Origin: the human T2T-CHM13v2.0 reference genome, Homo sapiens
Length of the DNA stretch: 64,000 nucleotides
Assembly (NCBI RefSeq): GCF_009914755.1
Contig: NC_060942.1
Strand: one strand, 5' to 3'
Shown here: positions 27,356-42,000 of the stretch, piece by piece
How the letters are laid out: every line of letters begins with the position of its first letter
Position numbering within the stretch: position 1 is the first letter of the stretch
Program-made: the position numbers and the translations under genes
The notes under the pieces: generated by a model
The model's database searches: none
What the model saw: only the letters and a program-made list of their open reading frames with translations
Told to the model about the DNA's origin: nothing

Positions 27356-28611
27356 GTGGTTAAATTGCTATGATGCAAATTTCAAATCACTTTACTGAGG
27401 TGGTGTATCAATTCACACTTTCACAGTATTGTTAATTATCATTTTAAGAGGTTTTTTGCAACACTGATAGGCTAAGGTCCTATCTCATTTTTGTTATATT
27501 TTCAGTTTTAATTACTAGTGAATATTTGTCCACATTAGAAATTTAAAGAATTTCTATAGAAAATCTTACATTAAAGTAAAACAAGCAAATAATAAACTCC
27601 TAGCTGATCTACACATTAAGTATGAGTCTGCATTTGGCTTAATGCATACTCACAGTTAAGCGACCTCTTTCAGTCACCAAAGATGACAGCAGAGCTAAGA
27701 TGAAAGATAGTTGCCACTATTCATTATTTGCTATCTAGTACCTTCTGTAAGAAGGACTTCATTCTAACTTTCACATACATAAATGGCATTGATGTTCAGT
27801 ATAATTTGATTAGATTTTAAGAAGAATCTAGAAAGACAACACCATGTGAGTTTGAGGAAGAGGTGGTAAAACTATTATTTAACCTTGTGCTCAGAATAGA
27901 TATTATAATATAGCTTGACTGGAGGAAATAAAGTTATTAAAATGCTACCTAGAACAATGCTTCCCAAAACTGCCTCTGTTGGCCCTATAATTAATCAAAG
28001 ATATTGATGGGACAAGCCAGCTCACGCTTGTCTGATTGTTGATACTGAAATCAAGAGGAGCAGGACTGTTAGGACACGTTGTAGTTCATGTCTGATCACC
28101 ACCTCCAGGGGAAAGCTGGGTAGGGGCTGAAATCCAGTTCTGGATTTACTGGGTGATTCTGTGCAGTGCCTTTATAAAATTCATTCCCTCAGAGACAGTA
28201 TCCTTTCCTAATTATACAATGGGGCAAAGTATGAACCACCAGGGGTCCTGAGGATATTACTAAGAAGGATGATTCCGGAGAATCCTGAATTACTCCATGG
28301 CTTTGAAGGCCAGCTAAGAAATAACCTAGCAATGCTCTTAGGTGAGATTATGATAGACCAGGCTTTAAACTGACTCTTGGTCATGGGGATTATAGGAGTC
28401 CCCAAATGGCCGTCTGTTTCTGGGTCTCATGTATAGTCAGGCTTTCATTGCTTCAAGGATCTGGAACAGTACCAACACTACAGAGGATGTTATATTGGAC
28501 AAACCCCAAAGATGATTCTGAGAAAGACTTAGTTGATGGCCTTACTCCTTGCCTATTTTTGGCCTAGGGCAAGAGGTCATTGTGTGCTGCTAAGCTTGCA
28601 GAGCTGGACAA

Positions 28612-28883
28612 ACTCCAGGTAATCTCATTATTCCAAACTGCTACAGACTATGTTGGAAAGTGACAGAGCCAAAGCTCAAATCCAACTTTCAAAATTTGGA
28701 TGTCTGCAATACTCTATTCAAACATTTAGAGTCACATAGAACCTCAACCAATATTTGTGTATTTTTTTCTTTCTGTAAATATTTGATATACTTCACAGAA
28801 ATAAAATACAGAAAACATCCACAGGAATGTAGAAATACTTTTCAAGCTTTTATTTATCCACTTAACTTTTTAATAGTATCTGC
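28612..28883 (+). repeat. 272 bp local duplication, copy 1 (partner 32923-33193)
   Basis: About 95% identical by eye; also visible as near-identical ORFs 28660 and 32920. Confidence 0.95.
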
Positions 28884-30411
28884 CTATAGTATCTGGGTAA
28901 TCTGCCTATACTGTTTTTCTTTCCCTTTGACATCCTTTAGAGGTTCATTCATTTGGTCATGTGATTGCTTCTTATAAGATCACATAGGGTGAACATCGCT
29001 GGCACTTACCAGACATGCTTACCAGGACTTCCTTTGCAATGTCCACCATAGAGCAATTGCTCTTCAGCCAACCACCTGGGAGTCTGTAATTTTGCCAGTG
29101 GAAATGAAGCAAAAATAAAAAGGAGTGGGAGAATAAAAAAAGGGAAATGATAGCTTGCAGAGGGATGTGGCAAGTACAGGCCAAAATGAGCTTCTACCAA
29201 ATGCCCTGCATATCTTTTATTGGCCTTCTGGCTGCTTTTTGAAAAGGACTAATTCTAGAGAATGTCTCTTTGGCTTGCCTCTATTCTCTGCCTTTTGGCT
29301 AATTTGAGAATTTAAAAGGGCAAAGGAGGTCTGGCTTTGAAGGGATGTAACCTTCAGGCTTTAATTTGGAGCAAACAAAGCATTTACAGCCGCTCTCCTC
29401 TGGCAGTTGCAGAGTATTACCACACTGCTGAATATTTAAAAGCAAGGCGTGTTTCCAACCCCAAGGTCTGTCCCCCAATTGATAAGTCTCTTTTTATTAA
29501 ATGAACTTTAATTACTTAATAATTAGACCTTCCACAGGAGAAGATGTGGATCCTGATAGTCTGCCAAGAAGGCTAGAGGGCAAATCGGAAGAATGTGCCA
29601 TTTTCAGATTAGAATTTAAAAGAAGGAACAGGCCCATTCTGGGGGTGTGTGGGTGGAGGAGAGACCTCCCTAGAGGCGGCAAGTCTTGGCATAAACCTGG
29701 ACTGTGAAATGCTTTATTTCCACTTTTGCTTGAAAACTAAAGTACTTTAGAATTAAATGAATGAGAGTACATGTCGAAAATATTCAAACTTTCTGACTGT
29801 CTGGATCTGATGGAAAGATTTCTTGTCGTCTATGCAGTGTGTGTATGCTTGGGTGGAAGGGTAGGGAGAGACTATTGTTCTCCTTATTTTGATTCTGAGA
29901 GCCTAACACTTTTGATGTCCCTACAGATTTAGCAGCTTTCCATTCATTGCCATGGTGATTTTTTACCTCATTTTTTTTTTTTAGCATCACAAAGGAAAAG
30001 CCCAAATGAAAAATGTTTGCTTCTTTTGCTATTAACATTTCTACTGCCTGGTGACAGCAAATATTTGGGTTGTGCCTAGCTTCTGAGGAAATATGTATTG
30101 GTCTGAGGAGATTGATGGCCACAGCCATTGCCCAGGCTGTCCCAGCTGGGTGAGGGGCTGGCCCTGAGACCACTGATAACTTTGTTCCTGGGGACAGTGA
30201 TGTGAAGGGAGGATGAGGAAATCCCATTCAAAACGTCTACTGATTTACAATTGAACTGTTTGTGGCTTAGATAATATTTTCACAAATGCCTTATGGATAG
30301 CCTCTCCACACCTCACCACCTCTACACCAACCCATCTCTTCAAATGAAAGGATTTATTAGTCTCAGCTCTTTTCTGCTTTCCTGAAAAAAATCACTGCTT
30401 TTCCCTTCTCC

Positions 30412-31062
<651 letters not shown>

Positions 31063-32417
31063 TCCTCTAACTAATTCTTTATGCTTTCCTAGTTATTGCT
31101 TGTGTTTCCTAAACTTTCCAATATTTAGGGTCTGAAACATTTGCTTAAACTGATTATCTTAACAATGATATATATTTTTCATTCAACATACGTTTGATGG
31201 CCAAGTATTTGCCATACACCATGCTAAGTGCTTACAGTATAGAATAACATAGACTCGGCTCTGATTTGTGGAATTTACAGATTAGTCTGGACGATGGCTA
31301 GCAAATAAATTCCACAGTTAATCACAATTGAAGTAAGTGCTGGAGATAAAACCTGTAGGACAACTGGTTCTATCTGGACTTGGGGAAAGCTACTGTGAGG
31401 AAGTGAGAATTCTGTTACTGCATTGAACTATTAAGTCTCAGGTATTCAAACACACTGTTACTGAAGAGCTGCAAATAGGGTAAAACCTTTACTCTTCCTT
31501 GCATGGATAGTTAATAAATGTTCTAGGAACAAATTGGGGTTACGGCTGCTTAACAGGCATTGAGCAACACTTAACAAAGTAACATATAAGTAGACTCCTA
31601 ATGAATCCTTTTAATGTTAAAATTAGTGTTATAGAACAATGGAAGATCCTTTTCAGGACTCAAAATAACAAGGTGAGACCCATTTCTCTATGGCAGTCTC
31701 ATAATGGCTCTATATCTCTTGCTAATAGCACCCAATGCTTACTGTACAACTATAATTAGAATTGTTGACATCAATATAATTTTTGATGCTGAAGCCCAGG
31801 CACTTTTACTTTGTATTAATCACTTATAAAATTTGAATTAAAACTGTCTTTATCATTTCTAAGAAGATTAAACAGAGCTTCCATATGTGTCTGACTTTTC
31901 CATATGTAAAACAAATGTTCTTTCCTTTTTATAGTTTCTCACTAATAAGTTCTGATCTTTGTTAATGCATGGAGATACAGATAATGTGGAAATCTGTAAG
32001 TTGGCTTGTGTGGGACACTTCCAACAACACCAGGTGTTCCTGTATTTAAAGCTGCCATAGCATCTTGGGCCAGTCTAGGTGTGAAGGTAGGAACTTTGAA
32101 ATTCATTCTGGGAATCAAGGTTTTCCTAGGCTAACAATGTAAGCCCTGCAAAATCACCAAAAATTGTTTGTCTGCTATTTTTAATAGTTAAGTACTTCAG
32201 GCTGAAATTTGTCTATAGGAATTCAATGTAAGGCAGAAAGTACTTACTAAACAACAAAGTTTATTGAGTACAGTACTGCTACTTGAGGGTTTGAGGAGTG
32301 AAGAGTATTGACATATAAACGAACGTCTTTTTGAAATATTTTTGTTTATGTCAGGGAAATAAGGTATTTTAAGAAGTATAATAATTCAGTACTAAACCTT
32401 TAAAAATAACCATCATG

Positions 32418-32728
32418 GGCTGTGTACAGTGACTCACGCCTGTGATCCTAGCACTTCAGGATGCCAAGGCAGGTGGATCATTTGAAGTCAGGAGTTTGAG
32501 ACAAGCCTGGCCAACATGGTGAAACCCTGTCTCTACTGAAAATACAAAAATTAGCTGGGCATGGTGGCATGCACCTGTGATCCTAGCTACATGGGAGACT
32601 GAGGTAGGAGAATTGCTTGAACCAGGAGACAGGTTGCTATGAGCTGAGATCGTGCCAACACACTCCATCCTGGGCGATAGTGTATAAGACTCGGGCTCAA
32701 AATAAATAAATAAATAAATAAATAAAAA
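32418..32728 (+). mobile_element. Alu with (AAAT)n tail
   Basis: Sense dimer; TSD AAAAATAAC(C/A)ATCAT. Confidence 0.95.
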
Positions 32729-32922
32729 TAACAATCATACTATAAACATTTGAAAGAGTTTGGTACCAGTTCCATCTAGAAAGTGGAGATAATAATACTT
32801 CCTAAAAGAGCCATTATGAAGATTAAATAAGGTCATTTATAAAAGTGTTTATAATGGCATAAATGATAAAACAATCCGTTCCCAAAGTCCTCTAGCTTGT
32901 TAAATAATGAAGCGGGGAAGTG

Positions 32923-33193
32923 ACTCCAGGTAATCTCATTATTCCAAACTGCTACACAGTATGCTGGAAAGTGACAGAGCCAAAGCTCAAATCCAACTTT
33001 CAAAATTTGGATGTCTGCAATACTCTATTTAAACATTTAGAGTCACATAGAACCTCAGCCAATGTTTTGTATCTTTTTTCTTTCAGTAAATATTTGATTT
33101 ACTTCACAGAAATAAAATACAGAAAACATCCACATGAATGTAGAAATACTTTTCAAGCTTTTATTTATACACTTAACTTTTTATAGTATCTGC
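32923..33193 (+). repeat. 272 bp local duplication, copy 2
   Basis: See copy 1. Confidence 0.95.
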
Positions 33194-34472
33194 AAATTGT
33201 GAGTACTATAAAAATTTAAAAGGTGGAGTGATGATTTCCAGTAAGTACGACTAGGAAAAAGGGAGAGATTTTTGATTGAGTACCTAAAACATGACTAGAG
33301 ATTTGATAGGTAGATGTTAGCAGAGAGCGTGTTCCTTTTTAGAGGAAGTTCCATAAGAAATACAGCCAAGAGGAAACCATGTTTAGGACATCTACAAGTT
33401 CAATAGATCTGAGAATTGTTTTGCAGAAGTTGTGGAAAATGAACCTGAAAGGGACATAGTGCTAGATACCTGGGCACATATTAAACAAAAAACTCTTTGC
33501 CTGGTTTTGGGGCAAAAGACAATGCCAGAACATTTTGGGAACTTCAAGATTTCCTGAGTGAAGCAAAACCTTTAGTGATGTAGGAGCACTGATATTTTGA
33601 CTATGTTTGGAATGCATTCGAGTGAGGAAAACAGAGAGATAGGAAGACCATTGCTGCTATCATTACAACGGATCAGATGTGGCCTAATGAGTCTGAACCA
33701 GGCTTTTTCCATGAATGGGCTGTGGTTGAGCAGGTAACTATTTTTCACAAGGATCTAGTGAAAATTATACCTGTATCTCTCTCTGGATGAAGCTTGGGAA
33801 TCATTTGTATTGCATTAGAACATTAGATGACTTTTACGAAAATATAGTATTTCATACGTATGCGTTATAGTGAGTTTATTGTTCATTACTAGATATTCAT
33901 GCACATACCTTGAAACTATAGTACTAAGTTGATAGTCTATAATTTCTTCTTCTTTTAAGACTGTTGCTGGGTTGTTACACCACCATGAGATGTAACTGCT
34001 AAAATTTAGCACAATATTGGGAGCATTCAGTCAAGCCTTATAGAGCCTTATAAACTTAGAATTGCTTTTGAATGTGTAGAGTTTCCCATTTAGAGACAAA
34101 AAGAAAAGACTATGCATCATGTTTATAATTTCTCACTATGACAAATAATCAACTCTGTGAAATTTTCAAACATTGCATTGTTAACTTTTAAACAGGATGC
34201 AGTTCTGGCCCTGGCTTGTTAAGATCTGAAATCATCACAGAGTGCATGCAATTCTATTAGCCAATTCTGTTAAGTCTAATTATATTAATATGCAATCCCA
34301 GCCTTTGTATCGAATTCTTCCAAGTAGATGAAGTTTACATAGGAAACCAATTGTTGAGTATCAGTTTGAATTACTATTTCATTTTACATATTCCAGGCTC
34401 TAGAACCTACTTGCAAATACATTTTTGAATGCAAAAGACATTCGGATGTAAAATAGATGTTTAATTTTCTGT

Positions 34473-34765
34473 TTTATTATTTCTTTTTTTGAGACAGGTT
34501 CTCACTCTCTTGCCCAGGCTACAGTGCAGTGGCACAGTCTTAGCTCACTGCAACCTCTGCCTCTGGGCTCAAGTGATCCTCCCACCTCAGCCTCCCGAGT
34601 AGCTGGGACCACAGGTGTGTGCCACCACACCTGGGTAATTTTTAAAAATTTCTTGTAGCGACAGCGTTTCATCATGTTGCCCAGGCTGGTCTCAAACTCC
34701 TGTGCTCAAGTGATTCTCTCACCTTTGCCTCCTAAAATGCTGGGATTACAGGTGTGAACCACCAT
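34473..34765 (-). mobile_element. Alu (J-like)
   Basis: Antisense Alu dimer. Confidence 0.93.
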
Positions 34766-35317
34766 GGATAAATGGTTTAAATGCTTTAAATTTATCCAAT
34801 GTGTATGACTTCTAAAGAGCCATAAATCTGAATATATAAATGTCCAGATTATTAAAATCAACTTAAAATTTTATTCTCACCTACATATATTAAATACATA
34901 ACTTGTGTATATTGGAAAATTATTCCTGACTATATTTCCTTAACTACAAAATAAAATACTAGGGATGACAACCAAGAAGAAAACTATTAAATAAAAATCA
35001 AATTTGTGCGAAACTCATTGCCCTACATAAGCCTCATATCTGTCACTACTCATTGCAGCTTTGCTTTGTGTGGTAGACACAGATCATGCTCTGTTTAAGT
35101 ACATGCCTTAAATCCATACCTGAGCCAATCTGTAGTAGATTAACGTACTTCTTTGGAATAGACACAAGACTATATAATGCAGACAGTCTGGAAACTGGAT
35201 TTTGAGCAATAAGCCTGGGTACAAGGTAACTAATTCCTTTCGTTCTTCACCCAGTGGTAGATGCAGCACAGACACAGATTAGTTCTAACTGAAAAAGAAT
35301 AAAATTAGCCAAGTGGC

Positions 35318-35336
35318 TGGCGCCCCCTGTAGGCAA
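35318..35336 (-). promoter_or_regulatory. Candidate CTCF site
   Basis: Minus strand TTGCCTACAGGGGGCGCCA versus core TGGCCACCAGGGGGCGCTA; retained CpG in AT-rich DNA. Confidence 0.55.
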
Positions 35337-36407
35337 TCTGTAGTGTTTATCCAGGCATCCCCATGGATCCAGATTTCAGAGCCTTAGTTTAAGAATCAGA
35401 TGAGTAATTTTAGAATATATATGTGAGGGATAAATTAATATTTGCATCAATATTAAGGTTTTTGCATGGTATAGCATTAATCTTTCTTACAAAGAACAAT
35501 CTTAATATTGCATCTCTAGGATTGCAGGTCTATTTCTGTGGATGTAGCTATAATGAGTGATATCCTTCAGCAGCTTGTACCTAACCCACATATAATTTTG
35601 GTCTAATTTTATATTTCATAGATTCAGTTATTTTGTGGTCCAAAACTCTAATCCCTAAAAGAGACGTAAAATTTCACCTTCACTTAGGGAGGGAAAGTGA
35701 AATAGCATCGCTTATTGTCTCTCATATTAAATTATGATTTGACCCAGGTCATTTTACCTTTGCCCTTTTGGCCACAGCAAAATTTGTATCAGGTTGTGGG
35801 GAAAATTAGGATCATGAAAATTAATAGACCCAAATTAAAACTAAGGGTAATTAAAACTGAACACAGTAGAATTTTGTTTACTGAAGATTAATGAGACAAT
35901 CAAGCTTTCTGGACAAAATTTAAACCTGGACCTGGGGAATGTTGACTTAAATCTATAAAATAAAAATCACAGTAACATAAAATATGATTAGTAAAACTTG
36001 ACATGAACCCCAGACTGATGAATGGATCAAAGTTTATTGTGACATGTGCATAAAATTAAAACAATTCTGGAATGAGTCAAATGAAAATAGAAATATCAGA
36101 ATTTAACTGGGATGAATAGCAAACATAAATAATTATTAAAATTTAGTTGAATTTTCTCTAAGAATTTGCCAGTGGTCTTTCATTGATGGCACAATTGATA
36201 CCAATAGATTTCTTTGTAATAATTTAAAAAAACACAAGAATTTCATGGTCAAAACTTAGGATCACAAATATCCACTTGTTCATATCAGGGGGTTTGAGAT
36301 GGCAAGGTGAAAACACCTACCCCTCTCATGTACAACGTCATGGCAGAGAAGCCTTCTCTCTCACCATGCTTATGCTTGTATGCATGGTGATGCATACAAG
36401 CATGTAT

Positions 36408-36509
36408 ATGCATGCTTATGCTTGTATGTAATGGCCAGTTTATTTGTTTTATTTTTTCATGCATGCTTATGCTTGTATGTAATGGCCAGTTTATTTCTTT
36501 TATTTTTTC
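36408..36509. repeat. 51 bp tandem duplication preceded by a 14 bp hairpin
   Basis: Copies at 36408 and 36459, 1 mismatch. Confidence 0.92.
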
Positions 36510-37144
36510 CTTATATTGGTCATTCATATGAATGAATCATTTTCACATGTTATTTCATATGAACATTGAAGTGACTATGTGAATTAGATATTACCCCATT
36601 TCATGGCCCAAAGAAATGAAACAAGTTTCCAAAGTATTCATATGTAATAGGTGGCTCAACTAGTCTAGAAACACAAGCTATCCTAATTCCAGCTTTTAAA
36701 TCTTTTCACTACACCACAGCCATACCTGGCAAATGTGGATGAACATTTACCTTAAGCAGTAAACCCTAAAAGACAATCCTTTGTTACTATAATTGGTGGT
36801 TCCTATCATCCCTCTTTCTTGAAGCTGCTCTAGGTCATGCCGTATGACGAGTCCTTCATGAATCTTCATGACTTCATAATCCTTTGTCCAAAGTGGGGTA
36901 ACAGGAATTCTGTCCATAGGACCAGGATTCGGAAGAACAAGTTGCTGTCTGTAGGACTGTCATCTAAAAACTGAACTCCAATGTGGGATTTCACTTCTCT
37001 GAACCTCAATTTCCTTATCTATAAAATTAGGCTAATCTTATCTACTTTGTTTATTTTACAGGGCTGTTTTATTTACCAATAAATAAGCTTCTAGAGATGA
37101 ATGACAACATCTTCATTACTTTTTAGCCTCTGAGCATACTGTAG

Positions 37145-37645
<501 letters not shown>

Positions 37646-38077
37646 TGAAAAACAATTTTTTTCTTTAACAGATATTTGTAATTGTTATAAGTTCTGTATT
37701 GTTCATTGCGTTTTGTTTATTATTTCTTTCTTCCTTGCCGAAGCATTCAATCAGGTTGTACCAAAAGCTGTTCTTTTTTTTTTTTTTCATGTCTTGTTGA
37801 AGTTTCTGGAAAAACAGTTATCTCTCCTTTATTCATTCACTTGTTCTATTAATATTTAGTGAGTATTTCTTTGTGCAAGGCCCATTGATAAGCATTTCTC
37901 ACATATTATTTCATTTTCCTCTGATAACAGTCTAAGAGGTAGTTTTGATTCATTTCAAAGGATGAAGGTGAAAATTTGCAACGTTAAGAACATTCCCTAA
38001 GTTAGTATTGAACTATAGATATATGATACATATAGATATATATATGTATCATATATCATATATCTATAGTTCAATAT

Positions 38078-38414
38078 TAAAATTAGGCTGATCTTATCTA
38101 CTTTGTTTATTTTACAGGGCTGTTTTTTTTTACCAATAAATAAGCATCTAGAGATGAATGGCAACATCTTCATTACTATTTAGGCTCTGAGCATACTGTA
38201 GTGCCAGACAGAAAATGTGGTAAAGTGTGAAGAGTTCTCTTTTGTATATTCTGTACTCCATTAGTCACAGGGATACTGACTTAAATGTATCAATAACCAG
38301 TGACAACACTTACATTTCATCTACCAGGCAATAACAGAAGCAAAGCTAGCATTTATTCCCAGCACATACATGCATCTATTTACATTTCCATTACATACAC
38401 AAAATTTTAAATAT
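38078..38414 (+). repeat. Composite insertion: copy of 37022-37177 fused to copy of 39552-39730
   Basis: Direct alignment by eye, about 95% and about 92% identity. Confidence 0.92.
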
Positions 38415-38721
38415 ATCATACATATATCATATATATCATATATACATGATATGTATTATATATATACCCTATATACATGATATATATCATATATACTTGA
38501 TAGATATCATATATACATGATATGTCATGGATATATACATGATATGTCATGGATATATACATGATATGTCATGGATATATACATATGGATATATACATAT
38601 GTATATGTATATGTATATATCCATATGGATATATACATATATCATGTATATATGAATGATATATATCATATATGCATGATATATGTCATGTATATATACA
38701 TCATATCATTCATATATACAT
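38411..38721. repeat. TA-rich (CATATA/GATATG) minisatellite-like tract
   Basis: Includes tandem GATATATACATGATATGTCATG-like units. Confidence 0.9.
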
Positions 38722-39016
38722 ATTTTTTTTAGACTAGGGTCTTACTCTGTTGCCCAGGCTGAATGCAGTGGTGCGATCACAGCTCACTGCTGCCTCAACT
38801 TCCCAGTCTCAGGTGTTCCTCCCACCTCAGCCTCAGTAGCTGGGACCACAGAATTGTGGCACCACACCCGGCTAATTTTTTGTATTTTTTTGTAAAGAAG
38901 AGGTTTCATCCTATTGCCCAGGCTGGTCTCAAACTCCTGGGCTCCAGCAATCTGCCTGCCTCAGCCTCCGCCTCCCAAATTGCTGGGATTACAGGCGTGA
39001 GCCGCTGTGCCCAGCC
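38722..39016 (-). mobile_element. Alu (J-like)
   Basis: Antisense Alu dimer directly after the TA tract. Confidence 0.93.
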
Positions 39017-42000
39017 TGAACAATCACTTACTTGTCCATTCACATGCTTATTTCTGAGAAGCACTGTGCTAAGTACTAGGAATCCGGCAGTGGCAAAGAC
39101 TGTCCCAGAGCCTGGCCCATTAGAGTTCTGGGTGGATGCACACATGTAAGTAATTACAATAGGGTGTGATTGATATGATGATTTTAAAAAAGTCATTTCT
39201 CTCCAACTCTTATTTTACTTTCTCTTCTCTGGGAAATCCCTAAGACACTGGCCTCATTTTGCGATTCTAATTAGTTAGAATCTCATGTAATGCCTACTTT
39301 CTCTTTTAGCCGAACTTGTAAGACTGACTTAGACGCTCTTGTGAGAATCCCAAAAAAGGCACACACTGGAGAAATTGGAACTGACTACATCTCAAAGTAT
39401 GGATGTTGGCTTCGGTCTCCGCGCTCTTAACTGTGTATAGTTATCACAAGTACTTCAGCTATGCAGAGAGTAGCATTCTTGTAATTCTAAAAGCAAACTG
39501 GCAATTCAATTGAAAGTTTCCAGGTGCTTTAATGAGGACATCTCTAAAACCTCTCTTTTGCAGATTCTCTACTCCATTAGTCACAGGGATACTGACTTAA
39601 ATGTATCAATAACCATTGGTAACACTTACATTTCATCCGCTAGGCAATGACAGAAGCAAAGCTAGCATTTATTCCCAAAACATACATGCATCTATTTACG
39701 TATCCATTACATACACAAAGTTTTAAATATTTATATTCACATATTATTAATAATGCATCTGTTGAGTATATCAGATGGGAAGCCAAGGTAAGCTGCATGG
39801 AAAATTGGCAAGCATATGTTTATCTTAATATGACAGGAAAATCTGTTTTCCAGTGGTATTAAGGAATCAAGTTGAACTAATGAAATATTAAATTTGAAAT
39901 GCAGTTTTAAAAGACACAGAGACATTATAATCAAATCCCCATTTACCTTTGTTTCTTCACCTTGCAACAGCCATTTGCATTGTAAACCATGGAGATTTAT
40001 TTTAAGCCAAATTTTGTTTTCTTAATTTGCCTAAAATAGAGAACATGTTGTACTTTTGAGATGTGTGAGCATTTCTTAGCTGAATTGAAACTGATATTTT
40101 TGTAAAGGCATCACATCAAATGAGGGTTTTTATCTAAATTATATGAATTCAAATATAAACTTTAGAAAAAATTGAGTTAAGATAGTACATGCACGTGTGT
40201 ACACATGCATGCGCACACACACACAGGTTATTGTCATACTTGGCTAAGCCTGTCTCGTATGCTAGCTGCCAAATAAAGAACCTGCTAAAGGAGAATGCTT
40301 TTAACACATTCTCGAGTTTGCAAGTTGGTTTAGAGGTCAAATTCACAGATGCGCAATAAGTACAAGATTGAGTGAGTGCATGAATGAATGAATGAATGAA
40401 TGAATGGCAAATCTCTGCTTCTCTTAGTTGCCACTTAGCGTTCTCTCATTTCAAAAATCATCGTAATCCTTTATGAATCAATTTTCACTCTCTGTAAGTA
40501 CCAATGTGAGGCAGTAATAAATTACATATATAATACATATGTGTGTATACATGTTAATACATACATGCACATATACAAACATCATATTATTGGCATGACT
40601 TAGGACTATTCAACATGGTACCAGAATGGTTAGAACTCTTGAAAGGTATATCTTTTCCTGGAGTCACTAAATTACCATGTTGACTGATGAAGTAATTTAT
40701 ATCTTGCTTTAGTTTGAGATGTAGATGTTAATGAGAAATTTTGCAACTTTCCCCAACATTAATTTTTACCATAGTTCATAAGAAGTGTTTGAATTTATGT
40801 GTGTTTATAGTTATATAATTCTAAATAATATTTAATGTAATATACTTATTCAAGTCTATGTGAAACTTATTTCAGGTTGCCTCTTTTATATATCACGTGT
40901 CTTCTATCACCAAGTAACTGAGGTCTATTAAATTCAGAGTTTAACAAACAGTGGTTTTAAAGTGCTGTCTTTCAGCGACCAGTTTCACTTTATTCATTAC
41001 GTAAATACTTTATTCAATTAACTTTTGAATGAATCTTACATACCTGACATCTTGATGTTTGCTAGGAATGAAATGTTGGAATACCATGCCCTACAAAAGC
41101 TTATAGTCCAATGGGAGAAATAGACAAAGCAAGTAGGCTGTGCTGTGAGAGAAGAAAACACAGAGCACCATTACCCTCATAAGAGCAATACCAACAAGTA
41201 CTAGCTAGGCAAAGAGAAGTATACACCATGGAAAAAGAGCAGCACGTGAAAAGCATAAAGAAAATAGAGATCAAAAGCTTTTCAGGCGAACTGTATATAT
41301 TCTGTTTGACTGGCTCATAGGCAGGAAGCGATAAAGGGGAAGAAGCTGGAAAGAAGGGAGTTAAATGGTAAGGAGGATGAGGTGGAATGCTACAGCGCTC
41401 ATCCTGGAGAGAATTGACCAAAAGCAGCTACTAAGGCAACATCAGAGAAGATCCAGAAATGATGTTTGGTTTGGTCCTGGAAACATATCACATGTGGCTT
41501 ATGGGTGAAGGGATGGAATCCAGACTCTGACAGAAGCTGGTTAGTAGCATTTTTCATTGAGACTGGAAGTGGGAGAGTAGTGTTATTGTGTTTAAAACAA
41601 ATTATAGATTTTTTAGAAGATATTTTCCCATAAAGTTTTATCTCTTCCAGATTAAGATAATTATTTGTTTCATTAAAGGTAGGAAAATTAGTACCTAGTT
41701 TCATTTGTTGATTAATGTTTTAAGACAAATTGAATTTTTGCTATGGAAATTATACATATGTAACAGAATCAGTAATACATTGTGCTAAAGCATTTTTTAA
41801 AATATCAATAACAAAACACTAAGAGTTGAGATGTTTTACAATGTCTGATTGTGTGTGATGGCGAACATGTGATGAATGGAAGCAGCCATTGTGGTTGTCA
41901 AGTTCACTTTATTCATGTCGCATCATGTCTGAGTGCCAAGCAGGACATTGAATTGCACAATTATAAATCTGCTTTGGGCACTAGACTGACTACAATTACT

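Noticed and set aside
29662-29680. CCCTAGAGGCGGC as a second CTCF site
   Set aside because: Core spacing does not fit AG(A/G)(G/T)GGC.
38500-38600. Regularly spaced ~22 bp repeats resembling an array
   Set aside because: No unique spacers; a simple TA-rich minisatellite in eukaryotic DNA, not CRISPR.
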